Of a DNA stretch of 64,000 nt, positions 41,450 through 53,139 are shown piece by piece. The notes under the pieces are model-generated. The model did no database searches. It was not told the DNA's origin and saw only the letters and a list, made by a program, of their open reading frames with translations. The DNA is from Iphione sp. A-MEVVRFRX5 (Eukaryota), in the NCBI GenBank assembly GCA_976226885.1, contig OZ320316.1, forward strand, positions 88,970,001-89,034,000, read 5' to 3'. A program made the translations under genes and the position numbers. Numbering within the stretch: the stretch's first letter is position 1; each line of letters starts with the position of its first letter.

Positions 41450-43900
41450 ACCTACTTGGCAGAGTAGGCCAGCTACTTGGGGAGGCGATGGAGCCCATCT
41501 AGCTCGGCCCGCTCTGGGCCTGGATAAATGGCGACTGGCTCCCTAGGGGAGTGTTCCCACGATGGGAGCAGCGCGTGGCCGTCGCCTCTGCAGCAGCCGC
41601 TCTGCTCTTGGTGCCCGCGGCCGATGAAAGCTCCTGATCGTCCATGCAATGTCCATCTTTGATCTACTGTTGCGTCACAAACCCCCGAGGCCGTCTCGAG
41701 TCGGACTGTACTCCATGAGGAACTACCTCCTCCGGCAAAACGGCACACCGCCCACGGCATGTAAGAGTGTCAGGGGCGATGGCGCCAAGGGGAAGTAACG
41801 ATTGTTACTGGCCGGATCTCCTTTGTTTGGCGAACGCATTGTCCCCATTGTTACTCTGATGATTCCCTGGAAATCAGCCAGGTGGCCCACACATTATCAA
41901 CTGGAACAAATCGTGCATCCCACTTCACTTTCAGACCTGATTTATTTAAATAGACCACGCAGTTGTTTTTTTTCTGCAACAGCATGGCGGAGGGTTTACC
42001 ACCTAAGTAACGTGCATTCCTTACACACGAGTGTCTCACATCAGCCACATGCTAGATTCACATCACGGTTGGTCCTTAAAAATACCAGAGATAAAAACAA
42101 CTTGGGAACAGAAGTAGCCTCGGCCAGTTCGTCGCCGTTCACTACGCTAGTCTCATAATTCTGGGTCTCTATGAATTGGCAAGGGTCTATTGACCTGCTG
42201 CAAAATCCCCCCGTCGTGGTTTCCGCATGGAAACACGACCATCCGCGTGAAACATTGTTTTCCAATTAATGCAAATCATTATTGACACTCGGTGTTTCTC
42301 GGGAAAGACTCATCGTGCGTCTGTCGTGAATCATTGCATGTAAATGAAGCCCAGTAAAAAATTGTATTTGTGATTACGCTCTGATGGCACTGGGATTCCT
42401 GACATAACACTGACCTTCTGGCGCCAGGGCATCCTCCCCACCCTTTTGTGCCACCTCATCCTGGGGTGAATTACATCTCCAGGGAATCTTTACTTTACTC
42501 GCGCAATCAAACCATGAGTCACCTTGCATGGCACTGCATGGTTATTAGATGCCCAGCGGTGTGTTCCTCAGGACTAAAAATTCACACTGATATTTACCTC
42601 CACAACTGAAATGTGCGTCTGTTCCATTAAGACGCGAGCATTGCCAATGGTTATGACAACTCCCACAGGAAAACGCAATCTTTCCTGCTCATAACGGTAG
42701 CGTTAGTTAGTAGACGAGCCGTTTCCACACGCAGTGGGCCTGACCATAAATTATAAGAGTTTTCCATAGGTGCCCATTACGCCAGGGCAGACATGAGGAC
42801 GAATACTTGGGGCTGCGAAATAATGAAAAACAAACAGGTAGCAGAGAAAAGCCAGAGTATTGGGTAGCCAATGATTGTGTTGCATCAGGCAGGTAGTCAT
42901 GGGAACGCGGTCTTATGAGCGTCGACGTGAGCGTACATTATCTCTGCCCCCAGGAATAAGCCATGGCGGGAGAATGAGATGCATGATGGGGTTAAGTGCA
43001 TGACCCTTCGAAAATGTTCCACACAATCAAGTGCTCCTGCACTGTAGTGAGGGCGTGGTCCAGTGGCACTTTCTTAAAGCATGTTACTTGTCCGGGTGAC
43101 AACTACTGCAGGCTGTGATTTCGAAATTGTGCCCTCTAGTATGCGTCGAGACACGCCTATCCGTTTGTGGTTTCCATCAAAACGCCACCTGTGGGTGACA
43201 AGGCTGTTTTTCAGGCCAGGCTAGCCGGTGTTGTTTAAGAGCCACATTTGACCCAACGCCTAAATCGTCCAGGCCATGCTACGGTGATCCAAAACCAGTG
43301 CGCAGCCTGTTTAATACAGTGATAATTAGATAGTATCTGTGCCCCAGCGTTGCGCCCTGACCCTATCAACTATGAAGGCCTATGGGGCCTTTCAGTGTAT
43401 CCCGATGATAGAGTGGTACCCCCAGAAGCACCACTTCGTGGCCTTTATGTGAGCCAGACCAGGTTCTGGTAAGCCATTTCTTCTGCACGTTAAGGGCACC
43501 AGAACAGAACCGTCAGTGTCGTGTAAGACAAAGTGAAGGTGCTTGTTTCAGCCTCCATTGACCGTTAGGCTTTGAAAGGTCAAGAGCAAGCAGGTTTTGC
43601 CAATTGCCTCATTCCAATATTTCTCCTGGGTAGACTGTGAACTGACCTTCAGTTAACCTTGCAGCGACCTTGAAGTGCACCCCTTGCCGCGCCCTCTACC
43701 AAAGGCCACCATACCCCGGAGCCAATAGGGGTCAGACGATTGGTGTCGTTATAAATTGACATAATGTGCACTTCTGTTACTTCATCCGGGAACCGGCCAT
43801 CAATAACCAGGGAGGAATTATCCATGATAGCTGAGGGCGCTTCCTGCAACCCTGCTGACATCTGTCGGCGTATCCCACAGGAGAGTAACTCCATTTGAGC
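41450..43900 (-). mobile_element. Second decayed tyrosine-recombinase (DIRS/Ngaro-like) retrotransposon relic
   Basis: Minus-strand motifs in canonical order across frameshifts: AYQNL (cf. AYRxI), LIGSGRNAGAQIL (cf. LPFGLRSAPxIF), LDDL (43282-43293, cf. YLDD), VWNIFEG, VDAH (cf. TDAS), IPGD (cf. HIPG), and a YR C-terminal-like SFHR..AAAEA near 41500-41640. Confidence 0.5.
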
Positions 43901-46900
43901 TCCCCCCCTCTGGTCAGTCCTTCACTGAGTTGACATTCGTCGGGGTAGGCTATGTTTCATGAACGATCTTTGAGGAACAGTCCGGATAAGGCCATCCTAC
44001 TTGACAAACCACAAAAACATCCGTACCCCATGATGGATATCCGGGGGGGGGGGCACATTTAAGCTCCAAGCCCGCGAGAAAATGAACCATCGCCGTAACG
44101 TATTTTATCGCAGATTTTGAAGTATTACCTGTTTATCAAGACACCTCCGCCCCTATATCTTAGAACTGATCATCCTTTACTTAATTGTTCATTTATGTTG
44201 TTTTCGACGGCGGAAAGATTTATATCCTCGTCATTCGAAGCGACGGGGACCGATGTACCGCGCCACTTCTCAACATGAAGTCCCTAACAACGGGACTCCC
44301 GTGAATACAGTTTCATCAGGCTGATGGATGGTTTCGCTCTCCAGGACACCAGGGGTATATTGCAATATTCACTCACAAAAATGGTATTTCCTTTAGCATA
44401 ATGCTGATAATAAATATAAAAGGTATGTGGACCGGTCAGAAAATGCAACCGCATACGAAATGAAGTTCTACTGTATTCCCTTTATATATAAAGAACAACA
44501 CATCATTAAGATTAAGAAATTTCGAATCAATAAATTTCAGTTATTATGAGTTTCGCTTAATGAAACTGCTCTACAATAATCGATCGAAATGGTGATACTT
44601 TGTCGGCATATTTACCGCTGCTTAACATTTATGCAAGTGATTTAATATATTACTTATGAAATGTATACTGCTGTAACTGATAGCACACTGAAACAACGCA
44701 TTTTTTTCTAGATCTGGTCGTTTTCAGATGTTAGACTGTGATTCTGTTGAATGTTCCTGTTGTGTAATCACACAATGTAATTCATCTCGTTTTTTTCGGA
44801 ATGAGTGGTAACACTTCCACTCGGATGAGAACCCGTGAAGGACGGCCATTTTTCTCTACTACTCACGGCGATGGTATTTTGGATTGCACTCAGAAAGCAA
44901 TAATTAAGGAATTGGTCATCGATGCTTATCGGCCCGTTACAATTAAATACTCGCAGCGGACGAGGCAGATGGAGAAAAAAGTACAATGAAACTCCATTCG
45001 GCAGTTGGCCTTTCGTCTGACTGTTCGGGCAGCCTGGTAGTCGTCGGCTCTCACCAACACCGCTGTTCGACGACGCCTCTCATGTGTGCTGGGGTGTTTG
45101 GAGGGCGCCTGCTTCTACTCATACAGAAGCAATTCATTTCACAGGAGCCGGAGCATCAGGGTTTCGACCTGCTCGCACGGCCTGTGCTGGCATCCAGCGA
45201 TGAGACACGTCCGGATTTATGTCAACGAAATGGAGACGGGGCATGGTACCCTCGAGGCCGAAAGAGCCATATCCAAGGCAACCCGTACACTGCAGTAGGG
45301 GTCTGGGATACTAATAAAACTTGCACCAAATGGCCACCTGTTGGTTCTATAACACGTCTTCAAATTTTATCCCCGGTCCTTTTCAGTTGGTTACGACAAT
45401 CGTGGAAATTGGAAAACACATCACATTTAAACAGTTTGTCTCCATGCAGGCCTCGTCGTGAATTAAGGATGAATAAATGTAGCGGAGACATTTGGGAAAG
45501 ACAATTACATCATTTATTGAAATGATCGCTATGCAATAATGCTAAAATGGTCCACAATGTATGATTTTCGTGTTCCCGCAACGAAGTAACGGTGCTGAGT
45601 GCTCTGAAATTTACTTTTTTAATGGAGAATATTTTCTACCTGTTCTATTATAGATTTTCGAAGGGGTGATGCAGCTGTGTGCAACCATGCTTGTGTTTGT
45701 GTGTTTGTGCATTTTGTCATGTGATAAGGGGAAATAATTGACCAAAAGCATTTCATCCGCAGGAACCATCTGAAGATCAAATATGTAATTGATATATACG
45801 TCTTCGGATGCCATGTAACGAAAACATGTCGGCCCTGAAGGCACGTCATAATTGAATTACAATGTCTTCACTATATGTTGCGTGTAAGGAAAACATCGTA
45901 ACCTTCATTTGTCCTCAATGTCTCCCGCTAGACACGAACAGTGTACAGTAAGTGAAAGCCTTTATCTGTATGTTCTATATGCAGATGTGTGGCCAAAACA
46001 ATTTAAAACTAGTATGATAACATCATCGTATTCCCAGGAGCTTAATCAGAAACAAGGCCGGCGGGACGATACATTTCGCGCCGATAACGCCACAGGACAT
46101 CTCCTGGTGATGGAACGTTTAATAACCAAGCATGTGGCCGGTTCCCTTCGTGAATCGACCAATGTGTAACATAAATGAGTCGACAGTCGAATGCAGCATC
46201 GTGGCGAGGATGTGTGGTGATGACCCCTTTACTGCGCCTCGCTTGCGCCTGTCCGCCCTTCTCGGCGCCCAGACCGCCGTCAATATCTCATCCGCCTCGG
46301 GACCTTCTTGACACGCGTGAGTAATGGCGGCGATAAACAAAAGATGAACACGAGGGCGAGTAACAGCCGGCGGGGGGGGGGTGCCAATCTAGAGCAGGAA
46401 CAGGTGTCTACATCTAGACCCACCGCAGGCTTGTCGTCAGGCACGGGGGGCCTCTTGTAAACGTCTAACCACTTGACGATCCGGCTAAGTCCACATTTGC
46501 ACTCAAAGGTGAATATATATGCCTAAGGGCGCAAGCAATTCACATTCTTCGCCTTTACCAGTCTGTCCTCAGTTTGACTATTTTCCACTGTATTTGAGAA
46601 GAGTAGACAAACGTGCGTGATCAACATCGAGTTTTTGAGACATTTCCTATTAATGTTTCTAGATTGACATTGTCATAGCGTCAGTATTTCGGTATTCTTC
46701 CAAATGGCATGCGTTTGGAAAAGTACAATTATTTCAAAGCTTGGAAATGGATGTTTGATGTATCATCGCACTTCTCTCACTCGTCGACATGATAAGATTA
46801 GGAAAGTTTACTTAAATCTAACTTTCAAAGGCTATATAATGCAGTTTTTATAATATCTAGAAATTCTAATCACATTCAAGCTAAGCTGAAATATGTATTA

Positions 46901-47768
46901 TGTTTGTTACGTATTTAAAATGTACAGTTGAGCTTCTTGTCGATGCATATTCAAAGAGCTTTGTCCGGTCTTAACAGTGTTTTGCATCATAATGTGTATA
47001 ATGCTGAATGGGATAAATGTCCCCATAAAGTAGTCTAATTGGAGCCCTGGGATCATTTTCAGCAAAACATTGTCGTCACTTAGAGAGTTCCCAACTGGAT
47101 ATTAATAGAATACACTTCATTATCTATGTCCCATTTTATGTAACCAGTCGTACATTATTTTACGCATAATGTATCTCATAATTATAAAATAGGTGTTTGC
47201 GAGTGCAGCACATGTTATTACTCGATGTGACAGTTCCATTTGAGCCAAGTCAAAAAAGAGTGCAGTCTACATCACTGAACTCTTCCATCTTTATCTACTG
47301 TGTTTATATCAAGTGCTTAGTAGACTGGATATAGGTAACAAATGTTAAAAATTGCAATCATGATTAAAGTTTTCAAAGAATAAAAGGTGGTGTGGAGTAT
47401 TTCAAATAAGCTGTGATTGTTCCCGGATATTTTGCTTTCATTCGACATTACCTTAATCAATGCGGCACACATCCTTAAGATGGTTGCCTTGATCACTTAA
47501 ATCTGTCGCATCCAGTCTGCCATGACTAATCAAATTACACCCCTTTGCCATGCTCTTCTAAGGCGTGTCTTGTATCTAAAATAACCCATCTATTGAAATG
47601 GAAGAAATGCAGAACATATGATAGCAGTATAGAGTTGAATGGTGTCAATTAAATTTAACCTTCACGGGAAGGATTCCCATACAGTGTCGACTGAGTCTTC
47701 CGCACAGTATGAGCTACGTCTTGTCTAGGATCCATAAAACACACAATTCTGTGGAACGCCGTGTTGCT

Positions 47769-49115
47769 TTAACAAGACCCTCCATCCTCTAACGTGATTG
47801 TTTTCAATGTGAGATTTCGCATCATACAGATCTGGGAGTTGAGCTCCTCAACCGAGACGGGATCAGTCGTCCGCGGGTATTTTCTAGTTTTTCTTCCGTT
47901 TTCTGCCAGCCCCAGGGTGTAATAATAGTCAGTTATGTTATCTGTGCAGCTAAAAGGCTTGATAGTCTCACAGAAGCGTTTCACTTTATCCTCATAGTTT
48001 GCTCTGCGGATGCCCAGCCGATGAATGTCGAGGAGCGTCGGGCCGGTCTCCTCGACGAAAATGCTCTGACGGATCTTTCGTTTGTTTTGTCGTGCGGAAG
48101 GTAAGGGCTTCGGCTTCCTGTCGACAGGTGGCACGCTCTTCAGCTGCGCCGCGTGATTGCTGGTAAAATGGACGGAAATCGGAGCTGTTTCCGGCCTCGC
48201 GCGACACCATACCTCGGCTTTGGCCTGTGCGCAATGGACCTGGTCTATGGCGTCTAGTTGTCCGAAGATGGACCCGTTAGAGTCGGTTTCTTCTGTCAAA
48301 GTGTCAGCTAATTTCGGCCCGGCCGTCCGGGGTCTGCAGTTTGTCATGCTAGTTACTGCGCCTGTCTCATCATTTACTTGCCCCCCTCCATCAGCTTCAT
48401 TGGCAATTGCGCCGGGGCCGTTGCTGAAGTCAGCTTTTGTAGACTGTAAACCACGGAGACCATTATAATGAGGAGTTGCAGGCCGGTCTACAGCGAGCAA
48501 CGTTGTCAGTTTCTGTACTCTCTCTCCATCCAAAATATCATCATTAATTTTCTTTAGAGGCATCCTAGTCACAAAAGCAGTGACCGGTCGCTGACGGCAC
48601 TCTCTCCTCCTATTATCGACTTGATTAAAGTTGACGTTGAGATCAGACCGTACTTTTATTGGGTCGTCCGTACTCGGGTCGGCGGGGATCCTCCTGCCAC
48701 CGCGAACAGGCGCACTCTTTGCAGGTCGCCTCATGCAGTCAGCTCTGGCGGTGTTCCGTTGGCGACTGGCCTGCCAAATTTTCTTCAACATGTTCTGCTG
48801 TTCCTCCTCAGCTCGACGGCCCACGTCTGTGTTAAACTTAGTACTGCCGTGCGCCCGCATCAGTTCAGCAACCAGTTGTTTATCCCCACGTCGCCGAGCA
48901 TGATCAAGTTTAGTTTGAGCTAGTTTCTCCTGGAAGCGGCTGTAAATTACCTTCTGGTCACTACATATTCTATTAACCACCAATCGTTCAGATCTGCTCA
49001 AAAGAGCCAGATTGCGAGACAATGCAAGTGATTCCTTGCAGTTCGCCATTTGCAATTCTGGCGACTTCTCCGAGTCCATAATAGCCATTTTAGCTAGAAG
49101 CCTAGTCGCACTCAT
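47769..49115 (-). CDS. Uncharacterised protein, 448 aa: N-terminal coiled coil (CCDC190-like from memory, unverified), disordered middle with RPxTA motifs; coding region has no intron
   Basis: Long stop-free ORF (490 codons in the track) in intergenic DNA. The likely start is ATG 49115 (gcaacgATG, A at -3), just after a possible acceptor gttattggtgtcag. Helical heptads at LSRNLALLSRSERLVVNRICSDQKVIYSRF. Confidence 0.8.
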   Translation of the reverse strand: MSATRLLAKMAIMDSEKSPELQMANCKESLALSRNLALLSRSERLVVNRICSDQKVIYSRFQEKLAQTKLDHARRRGDKQLVAELMRAHGSTKFNTDVGRRAEEEQQNMLKKIWQASRQRNTARADCMRRPAKSAPVRGGRRIPADPSTDDPIKVRSDLNVNFNQVDNRRRECRQRPVTAFVTRMPLKKINDDILDGERVQKLTTLLAVDRPATPHYNGLRGLQSTKADFSNGPGAIANEADGGGQVNDETGAVTSMTNCRPRTAGPKLADTLTEETDSNGSIFGQLDAIDQVHCAQAKAEVWCRARPETAPISVHFTSNHAAQLKSVPPVDRKPKPLPSARQNKRKIRQSIFVEETGPTLLDIHRLGIRRANYEDKVKRFCETIKPFSCTDNITDYYYTLGLAENGRKTRKYPRTTDPVSVEELNSQICMMRNLTLKTITLEDGGSC

Positions 49116-49865
49116 CGTTGCTGACACCAATAACATAAATCTGTTTCTTTCTCCTTTGATAAAATTGTGGAAAGAGTTGTGTGAAAACCACAGTATTGGG
49201 GAAGTTTTTAGTTTAACCAACCGCCATTGTTGATGAGTCATCTGTCAGAACAGGTTGTTCAGGCTTCCTCAGCGGCTGACACGTCCATAAGAAAATCGCA
49301 CTCCGCGACCACCAGAGAGTTAAAAATTGTGTTGAATAACTGAAATTCCCACGCAGAACATTGGATTTCACGGTTATCCAATTGTTATTCAGTACGAACT
49401 GCTGCCGTCTTGCACAAACAAACCCGCGTGGCGACGGCTTTGAAGTCCGCTAGGTTTTGGCCCGCTTTCCGTAGGACCGAAAACGAGATTGGAAAAATCC
49501 AGTTGTGTTTTGTCCCGGCTACTAGTTTACTCTCAGTCCCGGCAGTATCTACGTCCGCAAAAGGGAATTCCATTCCAAATCAAATACGCCGACTGTTTAT
49601 CCACTTTCAACTAACAGACCAGGTGACCATTCCTTCTTCTGTTTAATGGCGCGTGGAGACCGCATGTAAATACGACTGCAGGAGTCCCTGAGGAAGCGCA
49701 AACCCCGGTCGATTTAATCCATCAGCCGGTCATTATTTGCCAATCAGGGCAAGTCTATTCCTCTAAATCGTAGCCGACTCTACGTGTCCCTGATCCTGCA
49801 TGATCAATGCTGTTGTTAATCATAATCCTCCTGCGTTTCTGCTTTTCACTGGAGGAACATGTGCC

Positions 49866-49879
49866 GTGACCATAGAAAC
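49866..49879. promoter_or_regulatory. Candidate RFX X-box upstream of the minus-strand orphan gene
   Basis: GTGACCATAGAAAC resembles GTNRCC-AT-RGNAAC and lies ~750 bp upstream of ATG 49115 in a moderately GC-rich stretch. Confidence 0.35.
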
Positions 49880-51292
49880 AGGAAGCCTAACGTTAAAGTA
49901 ACAAAAACAGCAGGCGCCGACTGCAGACGCCTCGTACTACTTGTACTTGTGCAAGATAAAAAGGGATGTAATTTTCCAGTTCCAGCATGGTTTATTATAA
50001 TCCATTGTACGACGGTGTTTTCATAGAGTCAAAACACGGGACAAAGGCGTATTTCGATAATCTAGTCATTGCTCATTAGGTCTAACTACACGGCGTATTA
50101 AAGAGGTCTGCTGACGTAATTTTTCTCATGTATTAGAAAAGGAGATTGATAAAATGGGTCTAACGTGTGACAAGCGCAAGTCATTTTACCAACACTACAA
50201 TCGTTTTCAAATATATATGTAACCAGGACTGACAGAGCGAATGAATGCCTTTGGTACGCAGGTTAACTACGTGTGTTTTTGTATAATGCTTATTTTCATC
50301 AATATGATCACATTAATTCACTTATTTAACTTATTATTGACACGTATTTTCATCATGTGTTAACAGTAAGGAGTGTCTTTGGTAAACGAAACAAGGAGGA
50401 ATCTAGAATTTATTAATGAAATATTACAAGTGGATTGTCTTTTGGATGTCGTAAGGAGCCAGTTTTTGTATGTATACGTACTTCATAAAATACATGCATA
50501 ATACATACTTGTATGTGTGACCTGCGGAAATTGAATCTGTATCAATAAAATTAAGCCATAAAAGAAATATCTGTGTTTCCAGTAACATGATGAAAACTGA
50601 TAGGGTGGGTAGGTTGGTGGTTGGTTTTATTTCTATCAATGTTAATAATATTCAAAAAAGCGAGTGGATCTAGTACCATACGTTCTACTGCTTCAACATG
50701 AATGATACTTATTTCAAATGAAAGTTTATAATGTAAGCAACATAATTATTTATTGTAAAGTGGACCAATAAAGTTGCTGTGAACACCAAGGCTGTTGCTT
50801 CCAAACTGTCTATTTCCTTCCAAAACCAGTGTTTATATAGCATTTCCAAGCACTAATCTATTAATCAGAGGCCTAGCCTCACTATCTGACCAATCATAAT
50901 ACAGTTTCAACAGTTGCAACAATGTATCAGGTTAAAAAGAATGTTTTTTTTGTACACTTTCCCTAGTAAAATATACAAAGTAATAAGTTATGGAACATTT
51001 TCCTTCAATCAGAAAGCTCTCCCCATATTAGGAGATATGGGGTGATCCTGCAGTAGCTAATCACAGTTTCAATACCAAATAAGGGAGGTGGAATGATCTC
51101 CCACCATCCAATCAGAATGGAGCAATACAGGAGTGGAAATTTCCATGAGGTCATCAAACCACACTCATTGACCTCAAAGTGTATGTAACAGTGGCATCAG
51201 GAGTTCCACTCACTGACCCAAGTTTTGCAATCAATGATCCCTACTAGCAGCAGTATTACTAAACTTAGGTTTCAGCCTACAGTATATATAGT

Positions 51293-51338
51293 ATATGTCA
51301 GTAACAACATGACGAGTGAGTGGGGGAAACAAGACACC
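51293..51338 (-). repeat. Split direct repeat B2 (46 bp)
   Basis: atatgtcagtaacaacatgacgagtgagtgggggaaacaagacacc, identical to 51483-51528. Confidence 0.95.
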
Positions 51339-51361
51339 TTTAATGATCAAAACAATTGGTA

Positions 51362-51486
51362 AAGTCAAAAATTGCGCTGAAGTGTCCTTATAGAACCATA
51401 TCCATGGTGAGGTATATATGTAACCAGGCAACAGATAACAATCGTTTTGCGACATATATAAATATAATCCTTATATTAATACATAT
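51362..51486 (-). repeat. Split direct repeat A2 (125 bp)
   Basis: Matches 55306-55430 with 5 substitutions and no indels (offset 3944). Confidence 0.95.
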
Positions 51487-51528
51487 GTCAGTAACAACAT
51501 GACGAGTGAGTGGGGGAAACAAGACACC
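51483..51528 (-). repeat. Split direct repeat B1 (46 bp)
   Basis: Identical to 51293-51338; overlaps A2 by the 4 bases ATAT. Confidence 0.95.
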
Positions 51529-51539
51529 CAAACCCCCAA

Positions 51540-52598
51540 TCACACACGAAACGAGATGGATCTTTCGCAAGTAAGCATGTTATCAAAATCTGAATCAACA
51601 TATCTCTGCACACACGAAGACTTCCAATGTCCCCTCTGTTTGATCATGGCTAAATCAAAACCACACTTAGATAGAAAAGTGCTACCTCCCCTCCTAAAGG
51701 AGTGAGATGAAATTTGGCCCTCCAAGCCAATACTGTTACAAATGCTTTTTAAACGTTTCAAAAATTCTGAATACTGAAGAGTAACAACTTTACCATCAAC
51801 TGCTATAGAAAAAACCGGTTGATCATCGAATAATCGATGTTTACATTGTAGCAATTTTAACCATGAAACCGCACAAAAAATATAATCATCAACATAACAA
51901 ATAGGGATACAATAACCATCACAGCTTGCTTTGATAGTCTTCCCTCTATTAACATAAACTTTCGCACCGTAATCTGTAAAGCTGACCTCGCTCCACAATA
52001 AACATCTTCCAGAGGTGAATAATTCTTTTCTAAAAAGACATCTAAATGCCATAATGCATGCCACCCAGAATAACAAGTCGTCATTCTTACTAATGTCTAA
52101 ACAATAAAAAATCTTAGTCATCTCTTCCACATTAAAAGCACGAGCTCTTTTTGGCTCCCTATCACAGGACTTCTTTAAACCAGCCAAAACCTGGCACACA
52201 CCAAAATCTTTAATGTCAGGAGGTGGAGTTGAATACACTTTACTCCAAAACACTAGTCCAGAAAAATAGTTTCTAATAGATGTATAACAAAATTTCCTAC
52301 CCAAATATGCTAGATATAGGCATGCCTGTCTATTACTACATGGAAATTCACATAGACTATAATAACTGCAAAATTTTTTGTAGTCCTCAAGTTGAATCTC
52401 TCTACATTTCCTTGTGTTGGCAGAGATCGAGTTCCTCTTCAATTCGCACACTTCTCTCTTGAGTCTCCTTAGCCTTCCTGGAAGAGATTGAAAGTAATTC
52501 ACTACAGCAAGCTTTACATAACCATAGATCTCTCTCAAGGAAAAATAAACTCTTCTTTTCACAAATCCTCGATAGTGCATCTGCCAATACATTTTCAC
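51540..52598 (-). CDS. Tyrosine recombinase (YR) of the retrotransposon
   Basis: N-terminal SAM-like integrase region (YKKFC...ACLYLAYL...SIRNYFSGL), then catalytic LFRK, GKT, HSFRRGG and RGHWKSSCVQRY. The ORF overlaps the RNaseH C-terminus in another frame, as is typical for the group. The exact start codon is uncertain. Confidence 0.93.
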   Translation of the reverse strand: MKMYWQMHYRGFVKRRVYFSLREIYGYVKLAVVNYFQSLPGRLRRLKREVCELKRNSISANTRKCREIQLEDYKKFCSYYSLCEFPCSNRQACLYLAYLGRKFCYTSIRNYFSGLVFWSKVYSTPPPDIKDFGVCQVLAGLKKSCDREPKRARAFNVEEMTKIFYCLDISKNDDLLFWVACIMAFRCLFRKELFTSGRCLLWSEVSFTDYGAKVYVNRGKTIKASCDGYCIPICYVDDYIFCAVSWLKLLQCKHRLFDDQPVFSIAVDGKVVTLQYSEFLKRLKSICNSIGLEGQISSHSFRRGGSTFLSKCGFDLAMIKQRGHWKSSCVQRYVDSDFDNMLTCERSISFRV

Positions 52599-53139
52599 TT
52601 GTGCTTATATATTCGACAGCAAAATAAATATTTTTGATAACACATATCCAAAAAATCTCACGCAGCCAACGCATACAACAGATGTTACTACTTCGGCCAG
52701 TCCGTAACATGTATAGGACAGCCATATTGCCCACTCTCAGTAAAACATACTTGTTTTGCAACACATCCGACCATCTTTTAATAGCAATTAACATCGCCCA
52801 AAGTTCCTTCACATTAATATGGTCATCGTAATCATCAAGTGTTGGCCTGGGTTCTAAGTGATGGCCAAAATTCGTTGATTGATCAACATAGTCAGACCAA
52901 AAACCACAGAACCAGTCTGATTTACACCAGCCACCAAAACCAACCAAACTTGAATCTGTAGTGACAACCTCTTCAACACATCTAGGCTTGATTATCCTTT
53001 TCTTACCATTGAAAACATCAATAAAACTCCTCCACCATATTAGGTCTTGCTTGACATCATTACTCACTTTAACCTTGCCTCTACTGTTCTTACATTCTTT
53101 TAACAGCTCATAAAGGCTACGTGAATATGTCCTTCCCCC
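52402..53139 (-). CDS. RT C-terminus/RNase H domain of the retrotransposon (downstream of a +1 frameshift)
   Basis: GGRTYSRSL, DLIWWRSFIDVFNG, TTDSSLVGFGGW, HINVKELWAM, LRVGN (normally DN) and ISTSENVLADALSR. Confidence 0.9.
   Translation of the reverse strand, partial: GGRTYSRSLYELLKECKNSRGKVKVSNDVKQDLIWWRSFIDVFNGKKRIIKPRCVEEVVTTDSSLVGFGGWCKSDWFCGFWSDYVDQSTNFGHHLEPRPTLDDYDDHINVKELWAMLIAIKRWSDVLQNKYVLLRVGNMAVLYMLRTGRSSNICCMRWLREIFWICVIKNIYFAVEYISTSENVLADALSRICEKKSLFFLERDLWLCKACCSELLSISSRKAKETQERSVRIEEELDLCQHKEM

Noticed and set aside
51231-51455. Small ORF MSQNDCYLLPGYIY... nearly identical to the N-terminus of the 316-aa ORF at 55399
   Set aside because: Both fall inside the A repeats and start at non-ATG codons. 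ORF1 more plausibly starts at the Kozak ATG 55282.
51540-52598. Reading the YR ORF as a phage/prokaryotic integrase or horizontally acquired island
   Set aside because: It is linked to gag, RT and RNase H ORFs and split direct repeats, the standard make-up of eukaryotic DIRS-order retrotransposons, and the surrounding DNA has spliceosomal introns.
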